A stretch of 50,807 nt of DNA, filler included, from Trypethelium eluteriae (GCA_051942245.1; 2 parts of 2 records of this genome joined end to end with filler, not necessarily neighbours in it); one strand, 5' to 3'; positions 14,035 through 26,517 are shown, numbered from the whole stretch's first letter. Numbers and translations: made by a program. The notes: generated from the letters alone by a model not told the origin.

Positions 14035-17028
14035 ATGGCGCCCGCTTCAAACCCCGGTACCACTGTTGAGGATCCATCTTTCACTCCTGCTCCTCTGCCA
14101 CCAATGTCGCCCTCTGCAAGATCAACACAAAATCTTAAGTCTCCAGCTGGGCCAAGCACTTCAAATGCTCAAGCACAAGGCCAATCATCAACAGCCGGTG
14201 CGGGACCCAAGAGACGGAAACATCGCGGGGGAAAGAAGAAAAGGAATAGAAGGCAGTCATTTGCAGCTCGCTCCGAAGCTACGGATGGTTCAGAAATGGC
14301 AAACGAAAGGCCTTCTTTGCTAGATGCTCCTTCCACACAAGCAGCACCCAGGACCGCCTTCTATCGCCTCGGTCAAAATCATAGTAACACTAGTCTGGAT
14401 AGCGATGTGCTCATGGATCATCGGTGGGTTAAACGAAAGAACGGGAGAAAATTTTCAGAATGAAGCTGACAGATGCCTTCCCAGTGATCATGGTGACCTT
14501 CAGGCCAGGCGTCAGAGCATACAACAAGGATTGTTAAATAGTCGGCCAAGTCAGATACAGCAGCGCTCCAATCACCGGTCGTCATTCCGCAACCCATTTA
14601 GCAGGTCAGATCATAACCTTGCGAGACCACCAAGATCGCGTGAAAACGTTGCTCCCGCCAGCGATGGCGAGGACGCAGATGATCGGACTCCTCTACTGTC
14701 TTCTTCAGCAAAGAGCAAGCCAACCATTCAGCGCTCCAATTCGGGCAACGCTCCTCCTTCAGGAAATGCCTTTTCTCGCTATGGTGTATTTAACGGAACG
14801 ACTAATGGCAGTCGGCACGCTTCGCGTCCTCGCAGACTCTCCACGGCTTCTCCTGCTCGCTCAGGTCGTCGCAATATTTGGGGCGACCAGCCGTCAGGCG
14901 TCACGTTTGGTCATGAGAGCAGCTACGATGTCAACAACCCACCTTCTCGGCCGAGCACGCCTCCTGGCGGGAGCATGGGTTATAACGATGTTATGCTCAC
15001 ATCAGAGCTAACCCATGAAATTTCACCAAATGACCTGGAGCCTACTCGAACCGATGGGCAAGACACAGTCATCGATATCGATCCCGATAGCCGAAAAACT
15101 ATTGCAGGTGAGGATACGACAACAGTGGGCGCGCTTGCTGATCAGCGCCGACATACCTTGGCCAATCCTGCCGAAGCGGATGTTTGCTTTCCAACCGATG
15201 AATTGTCTGAGATCGGTGAGGAAGATTTCCGACGAAGACGAGAAGAATCACCAAAACATCACCGTAGGAGAAGACGCTATTGGCCGGATCTGTCTGTGCT
15301 GGAGGATTGGGCGACGGAGGAAAAAGAGGAGCGGTCACAGGACGGTGTAGCAGCAAAACGATTGAGAGAAGACGTAATGATAGGCGGCCGGTTACGTCCC
15401 AAGAAAACTGCATGGCACAGAGACCACAGTGACGCTCCTTTCCGCTGGACTTATTTCAATGAGGAGTTCGACAGTACAATTCACAGCCAGACCATTTCGG
15501 GTTTGGTCCAGCCCGGGCAAAGCTTTCAGACACTGTTTGTCCCAGATCCCCCAGAGCTCGATGAGTCTTCTTCGGAGGATGAAGAAGATGGACTTCATCA
15601 TCAAGATCCACGACTCCGTACGCCGTTCGATAATCGCTCGATTGCTTCAACTCGGCAAACGTCAATCTTTGGTGATCATAAGGCCGACAAACACAGCTCT
15701 GGCGAAGCTACTGCTCAGGCAACTCCCTCAAGGCGATCTCCGACTCCACGCGAAAGACCGAAACGTTTCGGAGCCCGGCCAATATTCTGGCTGGACGTAT
15801 TGTCTCCCACTGAAGCTGAGATGAGAATACTGTCGAAAGCTTTTGGCATTCATCCCTTAACGGTTGAAGATATTTTGATGCAAGAACCTCGCGAAAAGGT
15901 CGAGTTGTTCAAGAACTATTACTTCGTTAATTATCGCACTTTTGAACAAGACGAAAACAGCGAAGACTTCATGGAAGCTCTAAACATGTACGCAGTGGTG
16001 TTCAGAGAAGGAGTCATTAGTGTAAGTCGTGGCTCATATCGGCATTGCCCACTTTTTCCTGAGTATCATAACATACTTTCAAGCAATATTCTAACAGTCA
16101 AATTCAAGTTTCACTTCTCCATGACCCCCCATCCTGCCAATGTCCGTCGCCGCATTAGGCAGCTCTCCGATTATCTCATCCTATCGTCTGACTGGATTTC
16201 TTACGCCATTATCGATGACATCACAGACGTCTACGCGCCTCTCATCCAGCGCATTGAGGATGAAGTCGACCAGATTGACGACGAAATTTTGCAGCTCCAC
16301 TCGACCCAAGAGAATTCCGACGAAAAGTCCAGGACCAAGAACAAAAACAAGGAAAGTGAGTTCGAGAAGATGAGCGAAATCTGTGACCAGACATATGGTG
16401 AAACAGGTGGGCACATGTTGCGTCGGGTCGGCGAATGCAGGAAGAAGGTTATGAGCCTCTATAGACTACTGGGTAATAAAGCGGACGTCATTAAAGGATT
16501 CGCCAAACGGTGTAATGAGCAGTGGGACGTGGCGCCACGAAGCGAGATTGGGCTGTACTTGGGAGACATTCAGGATCATATTATTACGATGACAGGAAAC
16601 CTGAGTCATTACGAGAAGTATGTTTTCCCTTCCTATCATTTCACCCTCTTCAGCAACTTGCTCGGTTCCTTCGCTCTTCCCCGGTTCCTTCGCTCTTCCC
16701 CGGTCTGACTATTAAATATCATGTGCACCACTGACAAAACTTACACAATCTTAGTCTCCTCTCCCGCGCCCACAGCAACTATCTCGCCCAAATCAATATG
16801 CGCATGAACGAGCGTCAGGAACAGACGGCCGACGTCCTTGGAAAGCTCACTGTCTTAGGAACGATCGTTCTGCCAATGAACATAATTACGGGAATGTGGG
16901 GCATGAACGTATTGGTTCCAGGCCAGGACGTTGAGAATCTGAATTGGTTCTTTGCAATTACTGCTGGATTGATCATTTTTGGCGTCAGCAGTTACATGAT
17001 TGCGAAAAGGGTGTACGGTATTGTATAA
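14035..17028 (+). CDS. MNR2: CorA-family Mg2+ transporter, Mnr2-like
   Basis: FWLDVLSPTEAEMRILSKAFGIHPLT, REKVELFKNYY, PRSEIGLYLGDIQDH, AHSNYLAQIN, GMWGMNV (GMN signature) plus two C-terminal TM helices; introns ~14424-14484, 16022-16108, ~16618-16754. Confidence 0.88.
16663..16704 (+). repeat. 19-bp tandem duplication in an intron
   Basis: CGGTTCCTTCGCTCTTCCC occurs twice head-to-tail, followed by CGGT. Confidence 0.85.
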
Positions 17029-17630
17029 TCATTTTCGAGATGGGCATGCGGCAAAAGATTCTCTGTTCTGTGGCAAGAAATTGTGAAAAGCATTCTTAGA
17101 GTTCTGAATTGCGTACGAAGGTCTTCGACTTTAGGACAGATGTATTGTAGGAGACGGAGCATCTTTGCAAGCATTGCACTGGACGCGCAGTCTGGTACGA
17201 GGGTCGAAAACGTTCTCGAATTTATACCTAGTCTTTGACTCTGGCTTTACCCACTGTATAGCAATGATGAAGGCCACGGTGCTAACAGGGAACTGATGCA
17301 GCTGCACTATGTAAGAGGAATTGGAAGTTTTGGATCGGTGAGATCGTCGTAAAATAACAAGGGCATATCGAGATGGCGATGAAGCTACCACCTGCACGCC
17401 GGAATGATTTGTAGACCGAAGTTTCTCCATTAGGCTGTCATGGACGCGAAAGCTAGTAGTTACCTAAGTACCTGGATTTATCGGAGCTCCAGCTGCACCA
17501 CAACCTCCGCAACGGCCCCACGATCTTTTCATAAGCCAACGCACTTTTTCATTGACCGTTTCTCTGAAGTTCGGAACCTCTCCAAGCCTATCAAGACTTC
17601 TGTGTCGTTGGGATATAACGCGACATCTTC

Positions 17631-18640
17631 ATGGCGTCCGGTTACGATCGTGCCTTGTCTGGTAGGGTTGAAGATAGTCAGAGCTGCTAGACGATATCGA
17701 AACGCTGATCAGACTACCCATAGTATTCAGCCCTGACGGGCACGTCTTTCAGGTTGAATATGCACTCGAGGCGGTCAAGCGAGGTGCGTGATGTTGACCT
17801 TATACAACCAAAATGGAGTCTTACATGAATGTAGGAACCTGCGCCGTTGGTGTCAAGGGCAAGGATGTTGTCGTCTTAGGATGCGAGAAGCGCTCTGCAA
17901 TGAAACTACAAGATACCCGAATCACGCCCTCGAAGATTTCACTCGTCGACTCGCACGTCTGCCTCGCATTTGCAGGACTGAATGCTGATGCCCGGATATT
18001 GGTTGACAAGGCTAGGTTAGAGGCACAAAGTCATCGTCTGACTGTGGAAGACCCTGTTACAATTGAATACATCACGAAATATGTGGCAGGTGTACAGCAA
18101 AGATATACCCAAAGTGGTGGTGTCCGGCCGTTCGGTATAAGCACGTTGATTGTAGGATTTGACCCCAATGACAAAGTGCCAAGACTATATCAAACGGAGC
18201 CATCAGGAATCTACTCTGCATGGTAGGCGAAATCATCAATGGTGTACCTAGAGCACTTGACTGATGCCGAGTTCAGGAAAGCGAACGCCATCGGGCGATC
18301 CAGCAAGACAGTGCGCGAGTTTTTGGAACGGAACCATAAAGATGACATGGACAGGGAAGAGACGATCAAGCTCACGGTCAAGTCGCTACTCGAAGTCGTA
18401 CAAACCGGGGCAAAGAATATCGAAATCGCATTAATGGCACCTGGCAAGACACTTGAGATGCTGCCTGTCGAAGACATAGAAAAGTATGTCGAGAGCATCA
18501 ACACAGAGAAGCAAGAGGAGCAACAATCAAGAAGAGGGAGAGGTGCGGGAACCACGCCAGGGACTGGGACCGCTGCGATCTTAACACGTCCTACCGGGGA
18601 GAGCGCTGGAGGTCAAGGGGCTGAGGGACCATCAGAGTAA
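17631..18640 (+). CDS. PRE6: 20S proteasome subunit alpha4 (alpha type-7)
   Basis: [73 protein letters not shown]; three introns. Confidence 0.95.
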
Positions 18641-18834
18641 TAGTCTCGCAATCGGTTGAAAGAACCTTGCACTATTCAGTAGTAGCGAGCCTGTATAATA
18701 TATTGCATGGTTGCACACAGTTCCCTTCACAAGGCCCTTGTCTAAACCTGTCATGTTGCCCTTGGTCTTGGTATATAACGCCATCATAATGCATTTCTTA
18801 AACGCCCAAAAATTTTGTAAGGCAATTCCACGTA

Positions 18835-19321
18835 TTACCCTAATCGATCAGGGGCATCTTTGACGTCAAAGATCGAGCGCTGACCCTCTTGACGAAGTCT
18901 CTCGTCTTTGAACATCCGCGAGTCAATTCTCGCATCTTCACCCTCAACTTTTAGAGCTGGCTTCGGTGTTACTGCATCGATAACAAAGTGATTATCACAA
19001 TGTGGGCAGTATTCGTCGCTGGTGACGCGTGAGAAGTACGCGTAAGAAAAAGGTCTTGTAGCTCGCAGGGCGGGATCGTACCTTTCGTCGAACTCTTGCG
19101 CATCTTTGCGGAAGCACTTCTTGCACTTCTTGCACGCGAACACCATTTCATATCGCTGTAATAATTGATGATCTTCTTGCTCTTGATGACATTGGGCACA
19201 ATCGAACCATTTTTTGCAGCAGGGAGATCGGATGGACACTTGAGCGTTGAGAACGTGTTTGCTAGTCTTCTGTTCAGTCGCGAGGTCATGCATGAGAAGA
19301 AGCGAAATCCACGTACCACAT
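18835..19321 (-). CDS. CHY-type zinc finger protein
   Basis: M-C/KHVLNAQVSIRSPCCKKWFDCAQCH..H, CKKCKKCF, YCPHCDNHF; introns ~19262-19316 and 19019-19081. Confidence 0.88.
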
Positions 19322-19561
19322 GATACAAATTCAGTGTAATTTATTTTTGGAGGATATGTCGGACAAAAAGTTAGGTTTAGGATATCGACATTAAGGGTCC
19401 GAGGGGCAATTGTTTTAGTTCCCTGATCAGCGGCGCGCCTAAGCAAAAGCACAACCACCCAAAACCGAAGCCTGGGAAAGCTCCAAACAGAACACCTCAG
19501 CCTATTTCTTATTTGCTGCCTCCATTGCTATTCCCAATGTCCTCAATCGGCCGATCGTTCC

Positions 19562-22500
19562 ATGGAGAGTACCGACAAGTCCTCGCTCAAGACGGTATCG
19601 TCCCTCCGTTCACAGTTTGAGGGCTTACTCAATGCCCAAACTCCGTCAAGTGGAAGCACCCCTCAGCTCTCCAGAACCGCGTCTCCCAAGCCAGAAGAGC
19701 CAAAGTCGAGATCTACAGGGCAGTCGCTAGACCTCCCCAGACCACACCTTACAGATGGCGTCGCTGCTCCTCGCACACCGGTGGCGAGGCGATCGCCAGC
19801 ATTCGCTTCCCCCAAACCGCGACCTTCGTCTATGGGACCATTCTCTCCTCAGCGGTCTCCACCTCTAGTCACCGTCGAAAGCCCACATTCTCCGGCGAAG
19901 TCCCCACCAGTAAATCGAACACAAGCTCCACCACCTACTCGATCACTACCCTTCCAATCCAACTCGGCCGCGTCCTCACGTCCTTCATCAGCTCGGGGAA
20001 GTCCTCCGCGGCAAAATCGACCATCCCATAAAGTCAATACACCAGCAAAAGATACGGCTGATGAATCTCCATTTTCTCCACCGTTGTTTAATTCAGGTTC
20101 CACCCAGGATCCAGACAAGACGACCATCATTTCTCCAGAGTTCCCACCCACTTCGAAGTCCCCCCACCCTCCAGGCGCCCCGCCACCTGTAAACAGAGCA
20201 GGCAAACCTAAAGTGCCTGCAAAACCTTCTATAGTCCCTAGCGCCTCGAACGGTACTTCTCTATTACCCGAAACTTCAACCCAATCCCCTGAGGATAAGG
20301 TTTCACCCTTCAGTACACCTCCCAGTAGTGCCGAGAACTCTCCACAACCGACACCTGGGGAGGGTGTACCTCCTCCGATCAACGAAAGGACAAAGCCAAA
20401 GATTGGGGCCAACTCTTCATCAGGGAAGAGCTATTTTGAGCCACCACCTACACATCATGAAGTTGCGAGGAAACGGAAGGAATCGGTGGACAATGGTAGG
20501 CACCCTTTAGCCCGAGCGCCTACATTTCCACCACGAGGTCCAACATTTTATGAGCGAGAGGTTGAAAAAATACGGTATGGCGATCTACCAGAGGACCGGC
20601 CGGGACTTCCGCCACGAAGAGAAGCCCGGTCCATAAGCGGCGTGGCTTTTCAAGCACTGTCGCAAGAGAAAGTAGGGCGCTCTTCTGTTGACGCTGGCTC
20701 TCGATCTGTTTCACATGCCCATCAACCTAGTGCCAAACTCGAGCCTCCGCCACGGAGAGCTCAGTCCACATTGAGCCGAAGTCCGGTGCGGCAAGAACGA
20801 AGTGGCAGAGCTAACGGCCTTTCACCGTCGCCGGCTAAAATTTCAATAGAACGGCAACGACCACCATTAAAGCAGAAAGAGGGACCTTCAGTAGCAGATG
20901 ACTCGGACGACTACGGTACACCGGTGCAGCAAAATGAACCTTCACTCAATGACTTTCCAGATTCCTCTCAGGCGAATCGAAGACCGCCGTGGTTCAAATA
21001 TAGACCGTGGGAAATAGCAACAAAATACGACACCAAGACACTGGCTGTCTGCGGTGAGTATGTATGCACGAGCGGATATTACACACGTGTATGGAATGCT
21101 CGAACGGGGCATGAGCTAGTGACCTTCAATCATGGTGAAACCGTCAAAGTTACCGCAGTCGCGTTTAAGCCAGCCGCAAATCCTGAGGACGAAGGTAAGC
21201 GACTCTGGATCGGAACGAATACCGGCGAGTTACAAGAGCTTGATGTGCCCACCGAGAGCGTTGTACAGTCGAAGTCCAGTGCGCATTCTCGAAAAGAGAT
21301 CATTCGGATCTACAGGTACGCGTCTGAGATGTGGTCGTTAGACGAAGACGGGAACCTGCGAGTTTGGCCTCCGGATGAAGACGGTTCGCCTAGTCTGATC
21401 TACAGTCATTATGGGTTTCAGGTACCAAAAGGCCATACTTTTTCTATGATTGCCGGAGGCTACCTATGGATGGCAACTGGGAAGGAAATCCGAGTCTTCC
21501 AGCCCAGCGTTAATCCAGCCGTCGAGTTTCGTATCTTACAGAAGCCCTTGGTGCAACAAAATGCTGGTGAGGTAACGTCCGGAGCCGTAATCAGCAGCGA
21601 ACCCGATCGCATCTACTTCGGCCACAATGATGGAAAAGTGACAATTTACTCTACGAAAGATTTCTCCTTCCTGGGCATTGTTAATGTAAGCTTGTACAAA
21701 ATCAACGTTTTGGTTGGCGTCGGCAATTATCTTTGGGCTGGATACAAGACCGGGATGATTTACGTCTATGACACTACGGTCCAGCCGTGGAGAGTCTTGA
21801 AGGATTGGCACGCACATGATCAGCCCGTCGCAAGCATAATCATGGATCCGACTAGCATTTGGAAATTGGATCGCCTGCAAGTAGTATCTTTGGGTACCGA
21901 CAATATGATTCGTTTGTGGGACGGGATGCTCAAGGATGACTGGCTCGAAGGCCAAATGCAAGAGCATGACGCCGAGTATTGTGATTTCCGAGAAATCCAT
22001 GCAAGGGTATTAACATGGAATGCGGGAGCAGTCAAACCGTCTGCTTTGCGTCACGATGCCCACGATGACAATTTCTTCCGGGAGTTTGTGCAAGCACACG
22101 AGCCGCCAGATATATTCGTCTTTGGTTTCCAGGAGCTCGTGGACTTGGAGGACAAGAAAGTCACTGCTAGTGAGTTATCCTTTGATTTCCGTAGCGTTAT
22201 TGTGTAGGTCTGATCAATGCTATAGAAAGCTTCTTCCGAAGCAAGAAGAAGGATGCGTCTGAGCAAGAGCACATGAGCCATCAATACCGTGCTTGGCGGG
22301 ACTATCTTGATCGATGCCTTCAGGAACACATGCCGCCATCTGAATCCTACACCTTGTTGCATACCGCCAGTATGGTGGGTCTCTTTACAGCAGTCTTCGT
22401 AAGAACATCTGAAAGAGATCACATACAGGATGTCAAAGCAGCTGAAGTGAAACGCGGCATGGGAGGTTTGCACGGTAACAAAGTAAGTCTTTTTCCGATG

Positions 22501-23333
22501 AGTATCGGTCTTCTCAGTCTGACACATGACAGGGCGCCCTCATTATGCGCTTCATCCTTGATGATAGCTCAATCTGCTTCATCAACTGCCATCTTGCAGC
22601 TGGCCAATCGCAAACAGTTCATCGGAACAACGATATCGCAGCCATCTTAGAAACTATGGCGTTGCCTACGCAAATGGACGAAGAGCGTTCCTCAAACCTT
22701 TTCGTCGGCGGTGGTGATGGGTCTATGATCCTCGACCACGAAATCTGCATCCTCAATGGGGATTTGAACTATCGCATCGACTCCATGACGCGGGATGCGG
22801 TTGTCCGAGCAGTCAAAGAGCAGAACCTCAGCAAGCTCCTGGATAGAGACCAGTTGCTCTTGTCACGGAAGAAGAATCCGGGCTTCAGGTTGCGCGCTTT
22901 CAATGAGAATCCGATCGGATTTGCGCCTACGTACAAATACGATGTCGGTACTGACAATTACGATTCGAGCGACAAGAAACGATCGCCAGCGTGGTGTGAT
23001 CGGTTACTTTATCGCGGAGTGGGACGCATTAAGCAGATCGAATATCGAAGACATGAGGTGCGAGTCAGCGACCATCGTCCGGTGAGCGGAAGCTTCAGAT
23101 TGAGGGTCAAGACGATAAGTCAGTCACGGCAGGCGATTGTAAGAGACGGTCTAGAGGCGGAGTTTGAGACGGTCAAGGATCAAATTGGACATGAAGCCAA
23201 GTAAGTGGATCTGTCCAGAACCAGAGAGGATGAAAGTGGAACACACGAGCTAATCCCCAAGCACAGACTTGACTACTTAATTAATGTGCTTGGCCTCACG
23301 GCTCATGAAGCCAACCAAGCATTAAAGGGCTAG
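19562..23333 (+). CDS. Inositol polyphosphate 5-phosphatase with Pro-rich N-terminus and WD40-like repeats
   Basis: TWNAG, FGFQELVDL, GLHGNK/GA, CFINCHLAAGQ, GDLNYRI, PTYKYDVG, PAWCDRLLY, SDHRPV; three introns; TAG at 23331-23333. Confidence 0.93.
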
Positions 23334-23643
23334 CGGGATCGGGAGCATCGCTCGCTTATCTCCAGTTAGGCATGGTGAAATAATGGTTTTCTGAATTAGG
23401 AGCTCCGTCAAGCCATGGTGAAAGAGGTGGAGTAGTCCGTTTAAATGATGCGGATCTTCCATGTCATCAATCGCTCATTATGGGGTAAGACCCCCCTGTG
23501 ACGTCACTACCCTACAATCGTGTCGTGCGACCAGAGGAAAAAGGTGCACACCAGAGGAATCAGTGTGGAAGACCAGCCAAACAATTTTATACCCGGCTTG
23601 TCCTCGTTGATACCTATCACCTTCTCACATTCCCCACATTTTC

Positions 23644-24495
23644 ATGGCAGTCAGAGTAAGTGTGCTAAGGTCGTCGTTGTGCACTGCTCCAATTCGTGTC
23701 TATCCTGCGTCTGCCTTACGTTCGCCCCATATTCGACGATTTGCAAAACTTTCGAACCCAATGGCTATGCATCAGCGGACTGGGGATGGAACGGAAGGCA
23801 TTGATGAGTGGAAGAAACGAGCACCCTACAGAGTGCATGAACCGAACGAGCATTTCAAAGTTCGATACGAAGCCAGTTGTCACTGTGGCAAAGTCAAGTA
23901 TCAATTGAGTAGAGAGGAGCCCTTGGATTCCAAACTGTGCCATTGCACGACTTGTCAGACACAGCATGGTATACCTTCCTGTATCCTAAATTCATCATCC
24001 TCTCGTCTTTTGTTCCACTCACGAATCCCACACTGCAAAATTATCGAAGAAAAACATTCCACTGACTTTTCTGCCTCAGCCGCGCCTTTCCAGTGGGCCG
24101 CTATCTTTCATAAAGACGACATCAACTTCACTCATGGTCATCATGACCTCGAATGGTACGATCCTACCTCCAAATCCACCGAGCACCGTCTCCCCTGCAA
24201 AGTTCGCTGCTCCTACTGCCATAGCCCAATCATGGATGAGGGCCGCAATATGATCCTTCTGTTCCCGTCATTGGTCCACCTAAAAAATGAGCAAGACCGA
24301 GCGAATTTCAAGCCCAGGTTGCATATGTTCTACGGACAACGTGTTATGGATATCCCAGATGGACTGCCCAAATGGACTGGGCTCAATCAAGAGAGCGATT
24401 TAATAGAGGATAGCCCGCCGGATATGGTGAGAGATTTGGAGAGAAAGAGGGAGAAGGAGAGGGAGGAAAGGTTTCAGAAGGGAGAGCACAAATAG
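23644..24495 (+). CDS. GFA/Mss4-like (CENP-V) zinc-binding protein
   Basis: SCHCGKVKY, CHCTTCQ, RCSYCHSPI, PRLHMFY..RVMDIPDGLPKW; likely intron 23969-24079; N-terminal 39 aa are Arg/Ser-rich, like a mitochondrial presequence (alternative start 23761). Confidence 0.88.
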   Translation: MAVRVSVLRSSLCTAPIRVYPASALRSPHIRRFAKLSNPMAMHQRTGDGTEGIDEWKKRAPYRVHEPNEHFKVRYEASCHCGKVKYQLSREEPLDSKLCHCTTCQTQHGIPSCILNSSSSRLLFHSRIPHCKIIEEKHSTDFSASAAPFQWAAIFHKDDINFTHGHHDLEWYDPTSKSTEHRLPCKVRCSYCHSPIMDEGRNMILLFPSLVHLKNEQDRANFKPRLHMFYGQRVMDIPDGLPKWTGLNQESDLIEDSPPDMVRDLERKREKEREERFQKGEHK

Positions 24496-24803
24496 GGACA
24501 AAGCTTGACGTTAGGACTGGTCGCTGGAGACTGAGATCGGACGGGTCATATTTTACTAGTTGTCATGCGTGTACCAGGTGCATCTTCGGAATTGGAAAAA
24601 GGCATCTATAGGTAGTGTTCCGGATTGTCCATGATTCCTGTCACATATCAGGGTTGTTCCTTCATGAGATACCTCTCGCGAAAGATTCTTCTCCTCATAG
24701 TCGTCGTCAAAAGACGCCGTAGAACGCATGCAGAATGCAATAGCTTGCTCCCCCAAAAACGCTGTATACACTTCTAATCCTGGCGCCACAAACCTCTTTT
24801 CGT

Positions 24804-25402
24804 CTAATCTTCTAACAGAAGCTTCCAGATAGCATCCTTGTCCATGAATGCATGATGAATGATGTTGACAAGCCAAACATCTTCGCGTATACTGCGAATT
24901 AATTTTGCTGTCGCCGAACGAACGGGATATATCCGCTCCCATTCGCCCCAAATCCCAAACGCTTCTTCGCACCAGGCCCGGAACGAGACAGCCTCGATGA
25001 TGGTTGGGGTGATGATCCTAGATTCATGTCAGCTCATCCGCACAACCCTAGGGATCCAGAGCCAAGGAGAATGCCTACTCCTTCCCACTAAACGACCCCC
25101 AAGTCACCGGATTCACGCTCTTCGCATCTGACGCTTCAAAATCTCCCGCTGCGTTCCCTGCAAAGAATGTCACCTCCTCCTCCCTCCCTTCCAACTTCCG
25201 CCTCAACCCCTCCCAATCCTTCCTCCCGAGGAAGAACTCCACAAACGGCTTCTGAAACACAAACCCATTCCTCGGCCCCCAGCCAAACACCTCATCCCCA
25301 CTGCGCACCCCATTAACCGCCGGCTGACTCGCCACACTCCACCACCCCTTCCTCCCAATCAACCCCAACAACTCCCGCCGAATCGTCGCCGTCTCCTTAC
25401 TC
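24804..25402 (-). CDS. MET12: Methylenetetrahydrofolate reductase, C-terminal regulatory region (5' part lost in the gap); Met12-like
   Basis: WWSVASQPAVNG, FGWGPRNGFVFQKPFVEFF, NPVTWGSF.GKE/IITPTIIEAVSFRAWCEEAFGIW, WLVNIIHH; stop at 24804-24806. Confidence 0.85.
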
Positions 25403-25502
25403 NNNNNNNNNNNNNNNNNNNNNNNNNNNNNNNNNNNNNNNNNNNNTTAATTAATTAANNNNNNNNNNNNNNNNNNNNNNNNNNNNNNNNNNNNNNNNNN
25501 NN
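25403..25502. other. Artificial contig-joining spacer (N run with six-frame stop linker)
   Basis: 44 N + TTAATTAATTAA (25447-25458) + 44 N, exactly 100 nt. Confidence 0.95.
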
Positions 25503-25513
25503 TCATTGTGCGG

Positions 25514-25582
25514 CCAATATTTGGATCCATTGGCTCGTCCAATATAGTGATCCATTGGTTCGTCCAATATATTGATCCTTTG
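25514..25582. repeat. 25-bp tandem repeat, ~2.7 copies, with CCAAT on both strands
   Basis: CCAATAT at 25514, 25539 and 25564; unit approximately CCAATATWKKGATCCATTGGYTCGT. Confidence 0.85.
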
Positions 25583-25713
25583 TAGATGTGGTGGTAGCCA
25601 ACGGTGTAGCCGCTAGCGAAGGTGGTTGGATTACACCATCACAGAGTTTGCTTAAACAACGCACCGAAAAAAGTCAAGACTTAAAACAACTTAGTAGTAT
25701 CTTGCTTACACTT

Positions 25714-26037
25714 ATGGAGCCCGGTTCTCTTTTATCCAATGGAGACCCCCGACTTCGAGAGCCAGAGAAATGGTTAGGATCGGTGATAGATTTTTTAAAG
25801 AGGACGCATTCCATGTCGCTGTCCAACTTAATACAAGTGAGTTATAATATCAGAGAAATACCACCTGAGATGCTCAATTGTGTAGCACGATTTCTTAAAG
25901 CTATCGACCTTGGAACTGTCCCTCGTAAAGCAGGTCTGGACTGCGGAACAGTGGGTGAAACAAGCGTGGGAACCAATCAAGATCTCAGAGCCGGGAGCTT
26001 AAATAAACTCTATCGTATGTTCATTATAAAAGGCTGA
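25714..26037 (+). CDS. Hypothetical protein
   Basis: Open ATG-initiated frame of 107 codons; no recognisable motif. Confidence 0.3.
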   Translation: MEPGSLLSNGDPRLREPEKWLGSVIDFLKRTHSMSLSNLIQVSYNIREIPPEMLNCVARFLKAIDLGTVPRKAGLDCGTVGETSVGTNQDLRAGSLNKLYRMFIIKG

Positions 26038-26076
26038 ACTCTACATTGCTCTCTCCAAAGCTACCCAGGTATCGTC

Positions 26077-26517
26077 ATGTCCAGTCTGACTAAAAATATC
26101 CGCTTCCCAATTCAACCTATGACGTCAGTGTCGCGTGTCCCAACCGCGGCGGAGTTTAAAGTCATGGAAGCCTTTGAAGATCACAAGAGCCATTGCCCAC
26201 TCTGTTAACAACCACAGAAGGGGAGCCTGGAATGCTGGTATCTGTGCGTAGTAGGACGACAGCTTGCAGGAAATCTCTCGTTCCTTTTCTCAAACACTAA
26301 AAATAGCCGCACGCGTAGCAAGACTCCAGCTAGATATGGCCAAGACTACATCAAAATCCTATATTTATTTATTAGTACTTAAGCAATTTTAAGTTCCGTT
26401 GCGGAAAATTCTACCTTGCAGGATGATCGAGTCTACAAGCAAAGACGTCCACAATCAGAGCCAGTCAGCCGCGGTAATCGAGCTTGTTTTAACAAGCCGC
26501 TCCCACGTACTCCTTAA
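26077..26517 (+). pseudogene. Small Cys/His-motif fungal protein, inactivated
   Basis: MSSLTK..SRVPTAAEFKVMEAFEDHKSHCPLC*QP..LCVVGRQLA; frame continues through TAA at 26206 and ~26380 (CAA>TAA-type). Confidence 0.55.

Noticed and set aside
24515..24560. CTGAGA as part of a TPP riboswitch
   Set aside because: The downstream conserved TGATC..TAAT..CAGCG core is absent and there is no thiamine gene context.
25447..25458. TTAATTAATTAA as a piggyBac TTAA target or biological motif
   Set aside because: It is centred in a symmetric N run, so it is an assembly linker.
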